Assembly (NCBI GenBank): GCA_963730935.1
Contig: CAVSTP010000002.1
Coordinates: 64,001-128,000 of the forward strand
DNA length: 64,000 nucleotides
Reading direction: 5' to 3'
Source of the DNA: an uncultured Nitrospiraceae bacterium
Lineage (GTDB): Bacteria; Nitrospirota; Nitrospiria; Nitrospirales; Nitrospiraceae
Shown: one piece after another, positions 12,953 through 22,300 of the stretch
Layout of the letters: each line of letters starts with the position of its first letter
Position numbering within the stretch: position 1 is the stretch's first letter
Notes under the pieces: generated by a model
What the model was told of the DNA's origin: nothing
What the model saw: only the letters and a program-made list of their open reading frames with translations
Database searches by the model: none
Translations under genes and position numbers: made by a program

Positions 12953-14297
12953 TTAGATGCTGCGCATGAAGTGGGCTACTTCGTCGGGATTGACGGCGCC
13001 GCCCATGATCGAAGACATCGCCACGTTGGTGGATTTCTTGCCCGTAAGACCGGATTCGACTTCGTCCACGATCAATTCCACCGGCATCGACTGACCACCA
13101 TAGACGCGCGGGCCGCCGATGATCTTCGCCTTGGAATATCCGTAGATCGCGGTCGCGACTTCCTTCGCCAACCACCCGACGTAGTTGAACTCAGGCACGA
13201 CGATGAGCTTGGCGTTCCCGCAGAGCTGACGAAGTTCTTTGGTTGGGAACGGGCGCAGTGAGCGGACCTTGATCAATCCGATCTTGATGCCCTTTTCCGC
13301 ACAGAGACGGACGGCTTCGCGAGACTGAGCCGCGGCGCTACCCGAGGCGATGATGACCGCCTCGGCCCCATCCACATTCTCGGCCGTAAGCAACCCGCCC
13401 ATATACTTGGTAATGTATTTGCGGGAACGTTCCACGGCAGCCCAGACTTCTTGCTGCCACACCGCATGGATGTTGTAGGCCATGAAGTTGGATTTTTGTA
13501 CCGGGGCATCGCGTGAGAGTCGCGCGGGAGGATTCTCCGCATCCAGCACAGGGACAGCCCCACGCCAGGCCTCGCGCGGCGGAAGCTTGATGCCGCGCTC
13601 CTGCATGCGCACATAGCCGCGCGCGTGGGTGACGAAGAAGCCGTCGCAGCAGACCCCGACTGGCAGCGTCACATCGTTTTTTTCGCTGATCGTGAACCCG
13701 GCCAGGATGAAATCGAACATGTCCTGCTGATTCTCGGCATGGAAGACGATCATGCCGCAGTTCAACAGATACGACACTTCAATATTGTCCGGCTGAATGG
13801 CCAGACGGCGCATTCACGACGCGGCAGGTGAACATCGCCACGGCAGGCAACCGATGACCAGGCCATGAAGCAATGCCTTCCATGCCTCGCAACGTCCCAG
13901 GACCAGCTGTGGCAGTGAAGCACCGCACGCCGGCGCGTGACCCGCCGGCAATGGAGGCCATGACACCGACCTCTTCTTCGCCGCGGTAGTATTCCTTCAC
14001 ATAGCCTTCGCCATAGAGCACGCCGACCAACTGCATGGTCTCGCTTTGCGGCGTGATGGGATAGGCAACCGCCAAATCGACGTTAGAGCGACGAATGGCT
14101 TCTTTGGCCGCTTCGCTGCCGGTGATGAATTCCTTTGTCCGGGGCGCTTCTTGAAACATGTACTCAGGCGTCACGACCTTCTGCCGCTTGGCGTCGGCAT
14201 GCGGATCCTTTTTCCCCTCCGGTTTCGGAGCTGCGACGCTGGTGATCGGGTCACCCTGGGGATTGGTCTTTTGTTCAGCCTCTAGAGCTTCACTCAT
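12953..14297 (-). pseudogene. forA: 2-oxoacid:ferredoxin oxidoreductase alpha subunit, split by a +1 frameshift (pseudogene or sequencing error)
   Basis: ORFs 13779-14297 (AYPITPQSE, TATAGPG) and 12953-13813 join as ...RVVNAP|LAIQPDN... if one base (plus-strand A at 13805) is removed. Confidence 0.85.
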
Positions 14298-14313
14298 GAT
14301 GGCACCTCATTAG

Positions 14314-14439
14314 GCAGGATGTTGAAAAAACCCGCCAGCGGCGTTCTCGCATCGCGCACAGGCTCAGCGTACAGGACAGAGTACGCTTCACCTCTCCGCT
14401 CGCTGCGGCCTTGCTGGACGACCTTTTTGAACATCCTGC
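14314..14439. mobile_element. 126-bp MITE/REP-like element with terminal inverted repeats
   Basis: GCAGGATGTTGAAAAA...TTTTTGAACATCCTGC (16 bp, 1 mismatch); non-coding; lies between forD and forA. Confidence 0.75.
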
Positions 14440-14482
14440 GTGGCTATGCGTTGTCTGTTAACCCTGAATGAACCTGCGCCAA

Positions 14483-15250
14483 TTAGCCTTCGCGTTTCAT
14501 GTTCTCTGGGGAATGACCGAACATCGCTGCACTTCCCGTTCCCCCTGGAGACGGAGCAAACGTCATCGGATTGGTATGAGTCTTCCCACCGTGGACTTTC
14601 GATTGCGTGCCGGTAAAGCGGACGTTCTCCCCGTTCTCCGGCAGCTTGATGCCCATCTCCTCGCGTACCTTCTTGAAGATCTGCGCGACCCGCTTGATCT
14701 TGACGGTATCCGAATCGCGAATCGTGAGCATGGCGTCTTCGTGCCCTTGCTCGGCGCAGACCGCCATCGTGCAGCAGTTCGTTCCTGCCCGGATCATTTT
14801 CAACGTCAGATTCGCATAATGGCAGTGGACACCGATGAAAATACAGGCCTCGATCTTGTTGCCCCAGATCGTCAAATTCGGATGGTTAGGATTGATGACT
14901 TCCTCCGGATCGATCTTGGGGTACTTCGGCCGGTAATCCGGCATGGGGATAATCATGACTTCCGGAATCTGCGCTGCAATTTCGAGCGTGGCCTTGGCTT
15001 TTTCCATTGCATGTTCGTTCCACGCCCAGAGCAGCAACGGACCAGGGAAAATGGTGGCGTTCGGGCTCGTCAGCATCTTGCGCGCCATCTCTTCGATGAC
15101 TTTTTCCTCGTTCGGCTCGAGCAGTCCGTAAAACAGCCCTTCCCCTGGATCCGGTAACGCCACGCCTAGCTGAGCGGCGGACGGAGGATGAAACCCTGCC
15201 GGTCCCGGAACGATGATTTTCTCTCTCGTGTCTTGCGTCGATGTAGCCAC
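14483..15250 (-). CDS. forD: 2-oxoacid:ferredoxin oxidoreductase delta subunit
   Basis: GTG start after a purine-rich SD; IFPGPLLLW, INPNHPNLTI, FIGVHCHYA; position within the five-gene cluster. Confidence 0.75.
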   Translation of the reverse strand: MATSTQDTREKIIVPGPAGFHPPSAAQLGVALPDPGEGLFYGLLEPNEEKVIEEMARKMLTSPNATIFPGPLLLWAWNEHAMEKAKATLEIAAQIPEVMIIPMPDYRPKYPKIDPEEVINPNHPNLTIWGNKIEACIFIGVHCHYANLTLKMIRAGTNCCTMAVCAEQGHEDAMLTIRDSDTVKIKRVAQIFKKVREEMGIKLPENGENVRFTGTQSKVHGGKTHTNPMTFAPSPGGTGSAAMFGHSPENMKREG

Positions 15251-15278
15251 GCCCTTACCCCTTTCTGGATACCCTTGC

Positions 15279-15602
15279 TTACCCGACGACGGGACTCGCC
15301 AACACAGCCGTCGTGCTCTTTTCCCCATAGGTGATATTGTCGGTCAGCGCCGCCTTCGGCAGCTGATCGATCATGATCATCTTGATCGCGTTGTTCTTGG
15401 CCATGTTGTCGCAGACCCACACGCATTGCGCGCAGCCTTTGCACCGATCCACTGCCACATAGGCGGACCCATACTTGAATCCCTGATCCTTTCCCATCTC
15501 TTCGCTGTACAGAATGGTGTTGGCTTCCGGGCAATACTGCGTGCAGAGCTTGCAACTCTTGGAGGCACAGATTTCTACGCTGATATCGGCTACGAGATAC
15601 AT
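15279..15602 (-). CDS. forE: 2-oxoacid:ferredoxin oxidoreductase epsilon (ferredoxin-like) subunit
   Basis: CASKSCKLCTQYCP and CKGCAQCVWVC 4Fe-4S motifs. Confidence 0.8.
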   Translation of the reverse strand: MYLVADISVEICASKSCKLCTQYCPEANTILYSEEMGKDQGFKYGSAYVAVDRCKGCAQCVWVCDNMAKNNAIKMIMIDQLPKAALTDNITYGEKSTTAVLASPVVG

Positions 15603-15619
15603 GGTGCTCCTTTATGCGC

Positions 15620-16336
15620 TTATGCGCTGGCCGTCGCGACCGGCTCTTCCACGCGCTTGGCGTCTTTGGACGCCCAGCCGTGATCGACTGCATAATTCCA
15701 CCCCGCCCGCATCACGGCGACATTTTTATCAATCAATTCTTGCTTCTTCTTGAATTTCCGCTCGACGACACTGTCCAATGCCGCGGTGCCACCCGAGACC
15801 ACGAACCCTTTGCCGAGGAATCGGTCCTTCACCGCCTGCTCCAACCCTATCATGTTCGTCAGCCCCGTGATCGCACCGATGCAGCCCATCAGCGCCATGT
15901 TGGTGGCGAGGTCCATCCCTGCAACTTCCAATGAAAGCTTCGTCGCCGGGAAATAGTAGAGTTTCGCGCGGCGCTCTTCCAGCTCGCGGGCTTGATCTTT
16001 ATGCAGCTTCATCGGTCCATCGTTGTTGATCAGCGCGATGCCATCTTCTTTCAACCCGAAGTAAAACGGCATCGTGTAGGACTTGCCGTGAGTAATGACT
16101 TGGGGATGGAAAATAATGATGATGTGCGGGAACGTGATCTCGCCGATCTCATAGATCGGTTCATCCGAGACCCGCACATAGCTCTCGACCGGTGCCATGC
16201 GCTTTTCCGATCCGTAGAACGGGACAATGGTGCTTTCCCCACCGGCATTGATGACGGCGGTGCTCAGAATGTGCGAGCCGGTGACGACTCCTTGGCCGCC
16301 GACGCCTGCCATTCGAATGTTAAAACGTTTTGCCAT
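15620..16336 (-). CDS. forC: 2-oxoacid:ferredoxin oxidoreductase gamma subunit
   Basis: IRMAGVGGQG, YGSEKR, NMALMG motifs. Confidence 0.85.
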   Translation of the reverse strand: MAKRFNIRMAGVGGQGVVTGSHILSTAVINAGGESTIVPFYGSEKRMAPVESYVRVSDEPIYEIGEITFPHIIIIFHPQVITHGKSYTMPFYFGLKEDGIALINNDGPMKLHKDQARELEERRAKLYYFPATKLSLEVAGMDLATNMALMGCIGAITGLTNMIGLEQAVKDRFLGKGFVVSGGTAALDSVVERKFKKKQELIDKNVAVMRAGWNYAVDHGWASKDAKRVEEPVATASA

Positions 16337-16358
16337 GATGCAGCCTCCCTTTCTCGGC

Positions 16359-17258
16359 CTAGGCCTTGCCAGGAATTGCGGCGGGAGCAGCGGCCTTCGG
16401 GAGGAACTCCTTGTAGCCGTACCGCTCGGTCAAATACTGTTTGGCTTCATCACTGACGTATTCCGAGAACGCGTAGCGGTCGTTCTCAACGGTCTTCGCA
16501 TCTTCCATGACCTTATCGGTCGGGATCGCATACTCGATGTTGCAGGAGGTATAGGCTTGAATGTAGGTGGAGCCGACTTCACGGGCAATCAACACTGCCT
16601 TCTTGATGACGCTCTCGACACGGCGGGGATTGTTGGGTACGACAGTTGCGACGTAGGCGCATCCGGCAACCTTCGCCATCTGCAGCATGTCCATCTTCTC
16701 AAACTTCTTGCCGAGCGGCGCCATCTTCAACACGGCACCGCGGTTGGTCATGCCGCTCTCCTGTCCCCCGGTATTGCCGTACACTTCGTTGTCCAACATG
16801 ATCGTCGTGAAGCGCTCTTTCCGGAACCAGGAGTGAAGGACCTGCTGGAAGCCAATGTCGGCCGTTCCGCCGTCCCCGGCCATCACGACCACGTCCTTCG
16901 GCTTGTCTCCAAACCGAAGCCGGAGGCCGCGGGAAAGTCCGCTCGCCACGCCGTTCTGGTCGCCGTAGTTGCCGTACACAAACGGGATGGCGGCCTGGGA
17001 AATCGCCAAACGGCCGCAGCCGGCGGTGCCAACGGTGATGGTGTCCTCAGGGTTCGGAAAGGCAATCATGGCCAGGCGAATGAACAGCGTCATCGCGCAG
17101 CCCGCGCACATGGGATGCTCTTCGAGGACTTCCTTGAAGCTGCCCATCTGCGAAACGGATACCTTCTTTCCGAAGGGACCATGTTCGACCATGTCCCGAT
17201 ATTCTTTCGGCATGAATTTTTCGAAGCCGTTTGAAAACTTTACATAATCGAGACTCAT
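16359..17258 (-). CDS. forB: 2-oxoacid:ferredoxin oxidoreductase beta (TPP-binding) subunit, probably 2-oxoglutarate-specific
   Basis: MCAGC, AGDGGTADIG, DNEVYGNTGGQ TPP motif. Substrate is inferred from clustering with acl; por cannot be excluded. Confidence 0.85.
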   Translation of the reverse strand: MSLDYVKFSNGFEKFMPKEYRDMVEHGPFGKKVSVSQMGSFKEVLEEHPMCAGCAMTLFIRLAMIAFPNPEDTITVGTAGCGRLAISQAAIPFVYGNYGDQNGVASGLSRGLRLRFGDKPKDVVVMAGDGGTADIGFQQVLHSWFRKERFTTIMLDNEVYGNTGGQESGMTNRGAVLKMAPLGKKFEKMDMLQMAKVAGCAYVATVVPNNPRRVESVIKKAVLIAREVGSTYIQAYTSCNIEYAIPTDKVMEDAKTVENDRYAFSEYVSDEAKQYLTERYGYKEFLPKAAAPAAIPGKA

Positions 17259-17393
17259 CGGACACCTCCCTTATATGCCTGCGACGTACGACGTCGCCAT
17301 TCAGTCCATGTGATATTCATATGTGCGAAAGACAACCAGCGGGAAATAGAACGGGACAAGCAACGCGCGACATGACTCGTTAGCGTCGCGGCC

Positions 17394-17423
17394 ATCCTAG
17401 CAAAGCTCAAAAAAGACTGTCAA
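17394..17423 (-). promoter_or_regulatory. Sigma70-type promoter for the for operon
   Basis: TTGACA-N18-TAGGAT with extended TGn, in an AT-rich intergenic region. Confidence 0.6.
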
Positions 17424-17626
17424 TTTATATGTTCGCGCCACAGAGACTCACCGGGCAACATCAAAAATTTTATAACTTCCTGAAAATCAATGCAACTTTG
17501 CATAAGGCCCACCCTCTCCGAAAGAAGGCCTAGCCCCGTCGGATCCGATAGGCCATTCGCCCTAACCCCGATGGAAACGGAATGGTCGTTGCCCTTGCCG
17601 TCAAATGTGTCTACACTAGCAGAGTT

Positions 17627-17875
17627 ATGCCCATTCGCGTGATTATCGCAGGGGAAGACGAGGAGGCCCGATTCGTCGGTGGGGTCCACAAGCGCCCCCC
17701 GATCCCGGATAATTCCCTCAAGGCAGAATGCCCCAAGTTCATGGCTCACGGTCCCTGCGGGGGGGTCCGCAAGGGCGGATTCTGTGAGGTCTATCCTGAG
17801 ATGACCTGCCCGTGGATCACCATGTTCATCGAGCTTGAAAAGATCGGCCAAACCGAGTGGATGAAGCAAGTGTGA
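17627..17875 (+). CDS. Stand-alone MTHFR C-terminal-domain (MetV-like) Cys-rich protein, 82 aa
   Basis: CPKFMAHGPCGG...GFCEVYPEMTCPW matches the CPK-x3-GPCGG-x4-G-x-CEV-x-C-x-W pattern of MetV/MTHFR_C. Confidence 0.75.
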   Translation: MPIRVIIAGEDEEARFVGGVHKRPPIPDNSLKAECPKFMAHGPCGGVRKGGFCEVYPEMTCPWITMFIELEKIGQTEWMKQV

Positions 17876-17903
17876 AGGTAGGCGGCGTGAGAGACTAGGA
17901 GCG

Positions 17904-18305
17904 ATGAAGCGTACGCGTGGTTCCGCACGGCTCGCCTACAATGAACGGCATGCGAAGAGCGGTCTGACCGCTTCTCTGCCGGCGATTGAAACCTTTCCGA
18001 ATCAGTACAAGGGTTACGAGATCACGATCGAGATCCCCGAATACACCGCAATTTGCCCAAAAACCAGCCTCCCCGACTTCGGCATCATTACCGTTCACTA
18101 CATGCCGGATCGCGAATGCCTTGAGCTCAAATCGTTGAAAATGTACATCCATGCATACCGCAACATCGGAATTTTCTATGAGAACGCGGTGAATAGAATT
18201 CTTCAAGACATCGCGGCGGCCTGCCGACCGGTCTGGGCGAGGGTCACCGGCACATTCGCTGCCCGCGGCGGGCTACGCAGCGTGATTGAGGCCCGCTACC
18301 CATAA
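17904..18305 (+). CDS. queF: PreQ0 reductase (type I QueF)
   Basis: PEYTAICPKTSLPDFG, ELKSLKMY, FAARGG. Confidence 0.93.
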   Translation: MKRTRGSARLAYNERHAKSGLTASLPAIETFPNQYKGYEITIEIPEYTAICPKTSLPDFGIITVHYMPDRECLELKSLKMYIHAYRNIGIFYENAVNRILQDIAAACRPVWARVTGTFAARGGLRSVIEARYP

Positions 18306-18410
18306 AAAACAACGCACCCACGGATGCTGCATGGCCGACAATGTCCTTGTAACCGTGTAACCGTCCTGCTGCTCGCGTGAACGGGCGCTCGCTTCAACAT
18401 TCCAATTTTC

Positions 18411-19220
18411 ATGGGCACCTACGCAATCGGCGACATTCAAGGCTGCATCAAGTCCCTCCGCCGTCTGCTCGACCACATCTCTTTTGATCCGCACAGCGAT
18501 CGGCTTTGGCTCGTCGGCGACTTGGTAAACCGAGGGCCTGACTCCTTGGCCACACTGCGCTTTCTTAAATCGTTGGGCTCGTCAGTGTTTCCCGTCTTAG
18601 GAAATCATGATCTGTTTTTGATGGCCGCGGCCAAGGATATCGTGACGCTGCGCCCGAAAGACACCATTCAAGACATCCTTGCCGCCGACGATCGCTCAGA
18701 GCTAATCGACTGGTTAGGACGTCAACCGTTGCACCGGCGCGAGGGCGAATTCTTTATGGTGCATGCGGGCCTCATCCCCCAATGGACCATCGACGAAGCG
18801 GCGAAGCTGGCAGGAGAAGTGGAGAGAGTGCTGGCCGGACCAGACTGCACGGCATTCTTGCGCGAACTCTTTCATGGCCCGACGCCTCAGTGGGATCCGG
18901 CGCTCAACGGCATCGAACGTCTGGTCAGCATCGCGCGCGTCTTCACCCGCCTTAGAACCACAACGCCCGACGGTGAAATGTCGACATACTCCGGTTCGCC
19001 GGATGAGGCACCGGCCGGATTTCTTCCCTGGTTCCGTATTCCCAACCGGCGCAACAGCGATGCGACAATCATCACCGGTCACTGGGCGGCCCTAGGGCTT
19101 CACATTGAGCCGAACGTGTTGGCCATCGACAGCGGCTGCGTCTGGGGACGGCAACTCACGGCCATTCGGCTGGAAGATCGCACCGTTCACCAGGTTGAGT
19201 ATGCCGACCGTCGAGATTGA
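18411..19220 (+). CDS. apaH: Symmetrical diadenosine tetraphosphatase
   Basis: GDIQGC, GDLVNRGPDS, LGNHD, VHAG, GHWAALG, DSGCVWG. Confidence 0.95.
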   Translation: MGTYAIGDIQGCIKSLRRLLDHISFDPHSDRLWLVGDLVNRGPDSLATLRFLKSLGSSVFPVLGNHDLFLMAAAKDIVTLRPKDTIQDILAADDRSELIDWLGRQPLHRREGEFFMVHAGLIPQWTIDEAAKLAGEVERVLAGPDCTAFLRELFHGPTPQWDPALNGIERLVSIARVFTRLRTTTPDGEMSTYSGSPDEAPAGFLPWFRIPNRRNSDATIITGHWAALGLHIEPNVLAIDSGCVWGRQLTAIRLEDRTVHQVEYADRRD

Positions 19221-19704
19221 ACTCCAGCCTCCCGACCCTTCCTGGCCTCGCTACTCTCATCGCCCGTTTCCCCGCTATCGATTCCTGCCTGGTTACTCGC
19301 CTCATCCTCGCCACAGCCCCCGAGGCCATTCCTATGGTCAGACCTGCCCCATGCCCGTCTTGCTCCGTCCCGAGGAATGGCGACAAATGGGCGACTACCT
19401 CTATGCCATCGATTTGTACAACTATGCGTACTGGTGGGAATGCCACGAAGTGCTCGAGGGACTCTGGCGGGCGGGACAAATGACCGGGCAAGGAAATTTT
19501 TTCCGGGCTCTCATCCAATTGGCCGCGGCCAACCTGAAGCGGTCTCTGGGTTATGGACAGGCGGCGGACAACTTGACGTTCAGAGCGATCACGCGGTTTG
19601 AACAGGTCCCGGAAGTCTACATGGGTATTGAGGTGGCGAGTCTCCTGAGCCACCTGAGAAAGCACAGGGGCGAAGCCGCTCCCCTGATTCGTTTGAATTG
19701 CTGA
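19201..19704 (+). CDS. DUF309 domain protein
   Basis: LYNYAYWWECHEVLEGLW...LIQLAAA (DUF309 HExxExxW pattern); overlaps the apaH end. Confidence 0.75.
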   Translation: MPTVEIELQPPDPSWPRYSHRPFPRYRFLPGYSPHPRHSPRGHSYGQTCPMPVLLRPEEWRQMGDYLYAIDLYNYAYWWECHEVLEGLWRAGQMTGQGNFFRALIQLAAANLKRSLGYGQAADNLTFRAITRFEQVPEVYMGIEVASLLSHLRKHRGEAAPLIRLNC

Positions 19705-19734
19705 TGGTTGCCTCGAGAGAGGCAAGTGATCCGC

Positions 19735-20526
19735 CTAGTGGTAGGACTCTGATTCGGAAGGAAACTTACCCTGCTCCACCTCCTCTTTGTACCGGCGGAG
19801 CGCCTGCAGCGCATCGGCCCTCAAATGTGCATAGGGCTTGACGAACTTCGGTACGAACTCGTCGAAGAGTCCGAGCAGATCATAGAGAACTAACACTTGC
19901 CCGTTACAATGGGGGCCGGCACCGATTCCAATGGTCGGAATTGCCAGCTGCTCCGTGATGGTCTTAGCAAGCGACGCAGGCATCGCCTCAAGCACAATGG
20001 CCACCGCACCGGCTTCCTCTAGCGCCTTGGCATCGGAGACGAGTGTTTGTGCCCGATCGGCGCTCTTCCCCTGCACCTTGTACCCGCCATATTGATTCAC
20101 GGACTGCGGCGTCATTCCGAGATGGCCGAACACCGGAATGCCCACCTCCGTCATGGCCTGGATGCGATCGGACATCGCCCTGCCGCCCTCGAGTTTGACC
20201 GCATGGGCCCCCGCCTGAAGAAAGCGACCGGCATTCCGCAGGGCGTCCTCTTTGCTGGCCTGATAGGACATGAAGGGCATATCGCCGATGACCAGCGACT
20301 TTTGCGCAGCACCGGCCACGAGCTTCGTGTGATAGAGCATGTCCTCCATCGTGACGGACAGGGTGTTGGACTTCCCTTGCACAACTACGCCCAGTGAATC
20401 GCCGACTAGTATCGCCTCAATGCCGGCCTGCTCGAGCAGACGGGCAAACAACGCGTCATACGCGGTCACGACGATGAGTTTCTTGTTTTCCCGTTTGCAG
20501 CGCTGGAGGTCGGGGACGGTCATCAT
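19735..20526 (-). CDS. panB: 3-methyl-2-oxobutanoate hydroxymethyltransferase
   Basis: TAYD, LVGDSLG, DMPFMSY, VKLEGG, GHLGMTPQS, IGIGAG. Confidence 0.97.
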   Translation of the reverse strand: MMTVPDLQRCKRENKKLIVVTAYDALFARLLEQAGIEAILVGDSLGVVVQGKSNTLSVTMEDMLYHTKLVAGAAQKSLVIGDMPFMSYQASKEDALRNAGRFLQAGAHAVKLEGGRAMSDRIQAMTEVGIPVFGHLGMTPQSVNQYGGYKVQGKSADRAQTLVSDAKALEEAGAVAIVLEAMPASLAKTITEQLAIPTIGIGAGPHCNGQVLVLYDLLGLFDEFVPKFVKPYAHLRADALQALRRYKEEVEQGKFPSESESYH

Positions 20527-21410
20527 CCGAGTTGCGCCTTTGTGATGATTTCCCCCAGCCGGTGCGTTCCCTTGATCGCCATGATATGGACGCCGTCGCA
20601 GTGAGGACGCACGGCCTTGATGCTGTGGACCGCGATGTCCACGCCGACTTCTTCAGACTTGTCGCCAGCGGCACGCAGTTCGTCGATCATTGCCTGTGGA
20701 ACGGACATGCCGGGGATATTGGCGTTCATGAACTCCGCCATTTTCGCGTTGCGCAGCAGCAGAATGCCAGCCAGAACCTTGACCTTGAACGGGCGTACTT
20801 GTTTCATGAACGCCGCAAACTGCTCGGGATTATAAACGGCTTGGGTTTGAAAAAATTGGGCGCCGGCTTTGACCTTCACTTCGAACTTGGCCAACACCGG
20901 CCCAACGAGATCAGTTTCCGGCGTCACAGCCGCGCCGATGGTAAAGTCCGTGGCTCCGTCGAGCTTGTTGCCTGCATAATCACGGGCGCCATTCAATCCC
21001 TGCACGAGACCTATCACCTGGACCGAGTCGAGGTCATAGACCGGCTTGGCATCCTTGTGGTCGCCGACCGTCGGATAGTCGCCCGTCAAGCAGAGGACGT
21101 TACGGATCCCCAGCATGTGGGCGCCCATCAGATCGGACTGCATGGCGATCCGGTTTCGATCGCGGCAGGTCAACTGCATGACTGGATCATGCCCCAACTC
21201 ATACAGCAACCGGCAGACCGGCAATGAGCCCGCACGCACGACTGCCGCGGTATTGTCCGTCACATTCACGCCATGCACCCGGCCCAGCAGCTGCTTGGCG
21301 TTATCCAGGAGACCGTTGATGTTGGTGCCCTTCGGGGGATTGTACTCGACGGTGACTGCGAATTGTCCCTGCTCCAGGACGTCTTTAAGCCTTCTCGGTT
21401 CCCGACCCAT
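20523..21410 (-). CDS. metF: Methylenetetrahydrofolate reductase (short type)
   Basis: EYNPPKG, NVTDN, QLTCRDRNR, LTGD, FFQTQ, GVHIM. Confidence 0.9.
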   Translation of the reverse strand: MGREPRRLKDVLEQGQFAVTVEYNPPKGTNINGLLDNAKQLLGRVHGVNVTDNTAAVVRAGSLPVCRLLYELGHDPVMQLTCRDRNRIAMQSDLMGAHMLGIRNVLCLTGDYPTVGDHKDAKPVYDLDSVQVIGLVQGLNGARDYAGNKLDGATDFTIGAAVTPETDLVGPVLAKFEVKVKAGAQFFQTQAVYNPEQFAAFMKQVRPFKVKVLAGILLLRNAKMAEFMNANIPGMSVPQAMIDELRAAGDKSEEVGVDIAVHSIKAVRPHCDGVHIMAIKGTHRLGEIITKAQLG

Positions 21411-21439
21411 TTCGCTTCCTAACTCCCCGTTCGTGCCGG

Positions 21440-22300
21440 CTACGCCATCCCTGCCATTCTTCTAGCAGACTCCACTGTATTGTCCAGTAACATTGCAATC
21501 GTCATGGGACCGACCCCGCCCGGCACAGGACTGATCCATCCAGCCTGCTGGCTTACCGGTTCAAAATCGACGTCACCGCACAGCTTGCCGTCCGGAAGTT
21601 TATTCGTGCCGACGTCGATCACCACGGCGCCTTCGCGGACCATGTCGGCAGTGACAAACTTGGCCTTGCCGATCGCCACCAGCAAGAGCTCCGCCTCGCG
21701 ACACACGGCCGGAAGGTCCTTCGTCTTTGAATGACAGATCGTGACGGTCGCATGGCGCTGCAGCAGCATGAGCGCCAACGGCTTCCCCACAATGTTGCTG
21801 CGCCCGACCACCACTGCGCGCTTGCCTTCAATCGGCACCCCCGTCGATTCGATCATCTTGATCACGCCCTTCGGCGTGCAAGCTTCGAACACCGGATGGC
21901 CCTCGACGAGCCGGCCGAAATTGTATGGATGAAAGCCGTCCGCATCTTTGTCCGGACTGACTGCCTCCAGAATCACCCGGCTGTCGATATGCTTGGGCAA
22001 CGGCAACTGGACGAGGATGCCGTGGATCTTGGGGTCGGCGTTTTTCTTTTCAATGAGGGCCAGGAGTTCAGCCTGGGTGGTCTGGGCGCTCAACTTGTGG
22101 TCGTCGACGTGAATGCCGGCAAGCTCGCAGGCTTTCTGCTTGTTCTTCACGTAGACGTGTGAGGCTGGATCATCTCCCACCAAGATGGTGGCCAACCCCG
22201 GTTTGATGCCCGTTTTCGCCAACACCGCCGCCGAGACCGCGGCCAAACCTTCCCGTACCGTCTGTGCCAACGCCTTCCCATCAATCAATCGAGCTGCCAC
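21440..22300 (-). CDS. folD: Methylenetetrahydrofolate dehydrogenase/cyclohydrolase
   Basis: GTG start after GGAGG; IDGK, YVKNK, KDADGFHP, GRSNIVGKP, VPGGVGPMT. Confidence 0.96.
   Translation of the reverse strand: MAARLIDGKALAQTVREGLAAVSAAVLAKTGIKPGLATILVGDDPASHVYVKNKQKACELAGIHVDDHKLSAQTTQAELLALIEKKNADPKIHGILVQLPLPKHIDSRVILEAVSPDKDADGFHPYNFGRLVEGHPVFEACTPKGVIKMIESTGVPIEGKRAVVVGRSNIVGKPLALMLLQRHATVTICHSKTKDLPAVCREAELLLVAIGKAKFVTADMVREGAVVIDVGTNKLPDGKLCGDVDFEPVSQQAGWISPVPGGVGPMTIAMLLDNTVESARRMAGMA

Noticed and set aside
13790..13820. Programmed ribosomal frameshift in forA
   Set aside because: No slippery heptamer, homopolymer run or obvious stimulatory element at the junction.
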